The position numbers and the translations under genes were made by a program. From a virus, in UHGV virus genome UHGV-1375912: a DNA stretch of 46,159 bases, one strand, 5' to 3'. Positions 45,073 through 46,159 of the stretch are shown one piece after another. Position 1 is the first letter of the stretch, and each line of letters begins with the position of its first letter. The notes beneath the pieces are model-generated. The model was not told where the DNA came from, did no database searches, and was given only the letters and a program-made list of their open reading frames with translations.

Positions 45073-45428
45073 CTAAAATAAGGCGCTGAACGCTTTACAC
45101 GGGATCTCGCTTGAGATAGTCTCTTTGGCGAGATCTCAAGAAAACATTCAAGCACTGACTGTTTTTATTGGCCCCTCGGAACTTCGACCTTCCGCAGGGG
45201 CTTTCCCTTATGTGCAGATCACTATTTGACCGCACAACATCGGGATAATATCTAGGCAGCACAAAAACCTCAATAAAAAGATCAGCTTAACTGCTGTATT
45301 TTTTCACATCTGTGCATTAATCCAGTTTTACCCCATTCCCAGATCACCGAAAACTAAATTTCTTTGCCCACCAACAGCTTTACAATTCCTTCAATCGCTC
45401 CGCCTTGATCAAAACCACCGATCGATAT

Positions 45429-45448
45429 TACTGTTTATTCATACAGTA
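45429..45448 (+). promoter_or_regulatory. LexA (SOS) box TACTGTTTATTCATACAGTA upstream of the 45470 operon.
   Basis: Perfect TACTGT-N8-ACAGTA about 20 nt upstream of the ATG. Confidence 0.6.
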
Positions 45449-45469
45449 TTTATCAGAAGAGGATTTGTC

Positions 45470-45709
45470 ATGCCACGCGACTACGAGATTAAAGATGCAT
45501 TTGTAAGCGCCATAAGGCGCAGCCCGGATGGTGGCGTCACTGTCACCACTCATGAGTTTGTTCGCCAGTTGGAGCTTCTCAACTGGCACTTCAGCCTGCG
45601 TGAGGCTAATCAGTGGATCAAGTCGCATACGGTGACGTTCCGGGATGTCTCTACTCAGGAGGGTGAAGCTAAGACGTACAAGCAGTTCAACCCGAACGGG
45701 GGCATCTGA
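45470..45709 (+). CDS. SOS-regulated small protein of unknown function (79 aa).
   Basis: LexA box upstream. Its stop is 1 nt before the UmuD'-like start. Confidence 0.5.
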   Translation: MPRDYEIKDAFVSAIRRSPDGGVTVTTHEFVRQLELLNWHFSLREANQWIKSHTVTFRDVSTQEGEAKTYKQFNPNGGI

Positions 45710-45710
45710 C

Positions 45711-46034
45711 ATGGGCTTTCCATCTCCTGCGCAGGACCATATTGAGCACCGACTTAACCTGAACGATATTCTGATGCCGAACCCGGCCAATATGATGCGC
45801 ATTGAAACGCCGGAGGGATTTGTGCTGGTAGACCGTTCTGCCCGGATGAGGCCAGGAGACACCGTGGCATATCAGCTTGAGGATTATCCGCAGATTGGGA
45901 AACTGTTCCCCTCGGGCATCATCACTCAGGATGGCGAGACGATCGACGGCCAGGGGCTTGATGGAGTAGTGGTGCTGGGAAAGGTCACGGCGGAGGTTCT
46001 CGCTGTGTATGAGCCATACCGGCCGACTATCTGA
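45711..46034 (+). CDS. UmuD'-like (HumD-like) protein: S24-fold homologue that begins at the position of the UmuD autocleavage site. No GDSM motif is visible.
   Basis: MGFPSPAQDHIEHRLNLNDIL versus UmuD' GFPSPAADYVEQRIDLNQLL. The C-terminal beta region aligns. A Lys like that in VKKL is present (IGKL). Confidence 0.55.
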   Translation: MGFPSPAQDHIEHRLNLNDILMPNPANMMRIETPEGFVLVDRSARMRPGDTVAYQLEDYPQIGKLFPSGIITQDGETIDGQGLDGVVVLGKVTAEVLAVYEPYRPTI

Positions 46035-46054
46035 TGGGACAGATTTGAGACACG
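46034..46054. repeat. Right copy of the 21-bp direct repeat. Candidate attR core.
   Basis: ATGGGACAGATTTGAGACACG, starting at the last base of the UmuD'-like stop codon (TGA 46032-46034). Confidence 0.5.
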
Positions 46055-46159
46055 CAAAGGTTTGAATCTATTTTCAGGCCTTTGCATGTTTTCGCATCAT
46101 GGGACGTGTGAGCGCAGCAGGATGCGGTAAGTTACTGTGTTAAAAGGTCATTCTAGGAA

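Noticed and set aside
45428-45862. 144-aa minus-strand ORF overlapping the SOS operon.
   Set aside because: It overlaps two plus-strand genes that have a LexA box and tight coupling. Its translation is low complexity.
1-46159. Searched for IS elements, transposases or inverted-repeat-flanked insertions.
   Set aside because: No transposase-like ORF (DDE or HUH motifs) or terminal inverted repeats were seen. The mobile-looking genes are the two HNH-AP2 endonucleases.

Overview
The window is almost entirely a ~46 kb lambdoid (siphovirus-type) prophage of an enterobacterial host, with about 100 bp of host flank on each side. It sits beside the 3' end of a tRNA-Arg(UCU)-like gene (1-46) and is framed by 21-bp near-identical direct repeats (94-114 and 46034-46054) that look like the att cores. 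Left to right, 1-8.4 kb is on the minus strand and the structural half is on the plus strand. The order is: P4-type integrase and Xis; a PL-type early operon with a Sak4-like ATPase, an SSB-like protein, a DksA/TraR zinc finger, an HNH-AP2 endonuclease and many small ORFs; an N-like antiterminator with the lambda 'RRRERRA' motif and a candidate nutL; OL operators; a 315-aa moron in the rexAB position; a lambda-cI-like repressor; OR/PR; cro; a candidate nutR; a cII-like gene with an oop-like antisense terminator; an O-like initiator with internal iterons (ori); a DnaB-family helicase; a nin-like region (CHC2 zinc finger, Lar-like, NinB, a second HNH-AP2, NinG, small coupled ORFs); a Q-like antiterminator with PR'/tR'; the lysis cassette (lambda-S-like holin with a dual start, GH19 endolysin, an extra TM/coiled-coil gene, Rz with embedded Rz1); Rha; TerS, TerL, portal, MuF-like, scaffold and major capsid; head-tail joining genes; a major tail protein with an Ig-like domain; a G/GT chaperone with a -1 frameshift at GGGAAAA; a tape measure; minor tail proteins; an NlpC/P60-like protein; a lambda-J-like host-specificity protein; and low-GC distal tail fibre genes. 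Beyond the tail lie terminator-like repeats, a minus-strand cargo gene, and a LexA-box-controlled operon ending in a UmuD'-like (HumD-like) gene at the right att. The most unusual feature is a low-GC moron island inserted into the tail operon between the chaperone and the tape measure. It carries a minus-strand protein with a HEPN-type Rx4H motif and a small multi-TM protein, insulated by terminators, and is a candidate abortive-infection or defence module. All calls are based on reading the sequence by eye; no database searches were run.
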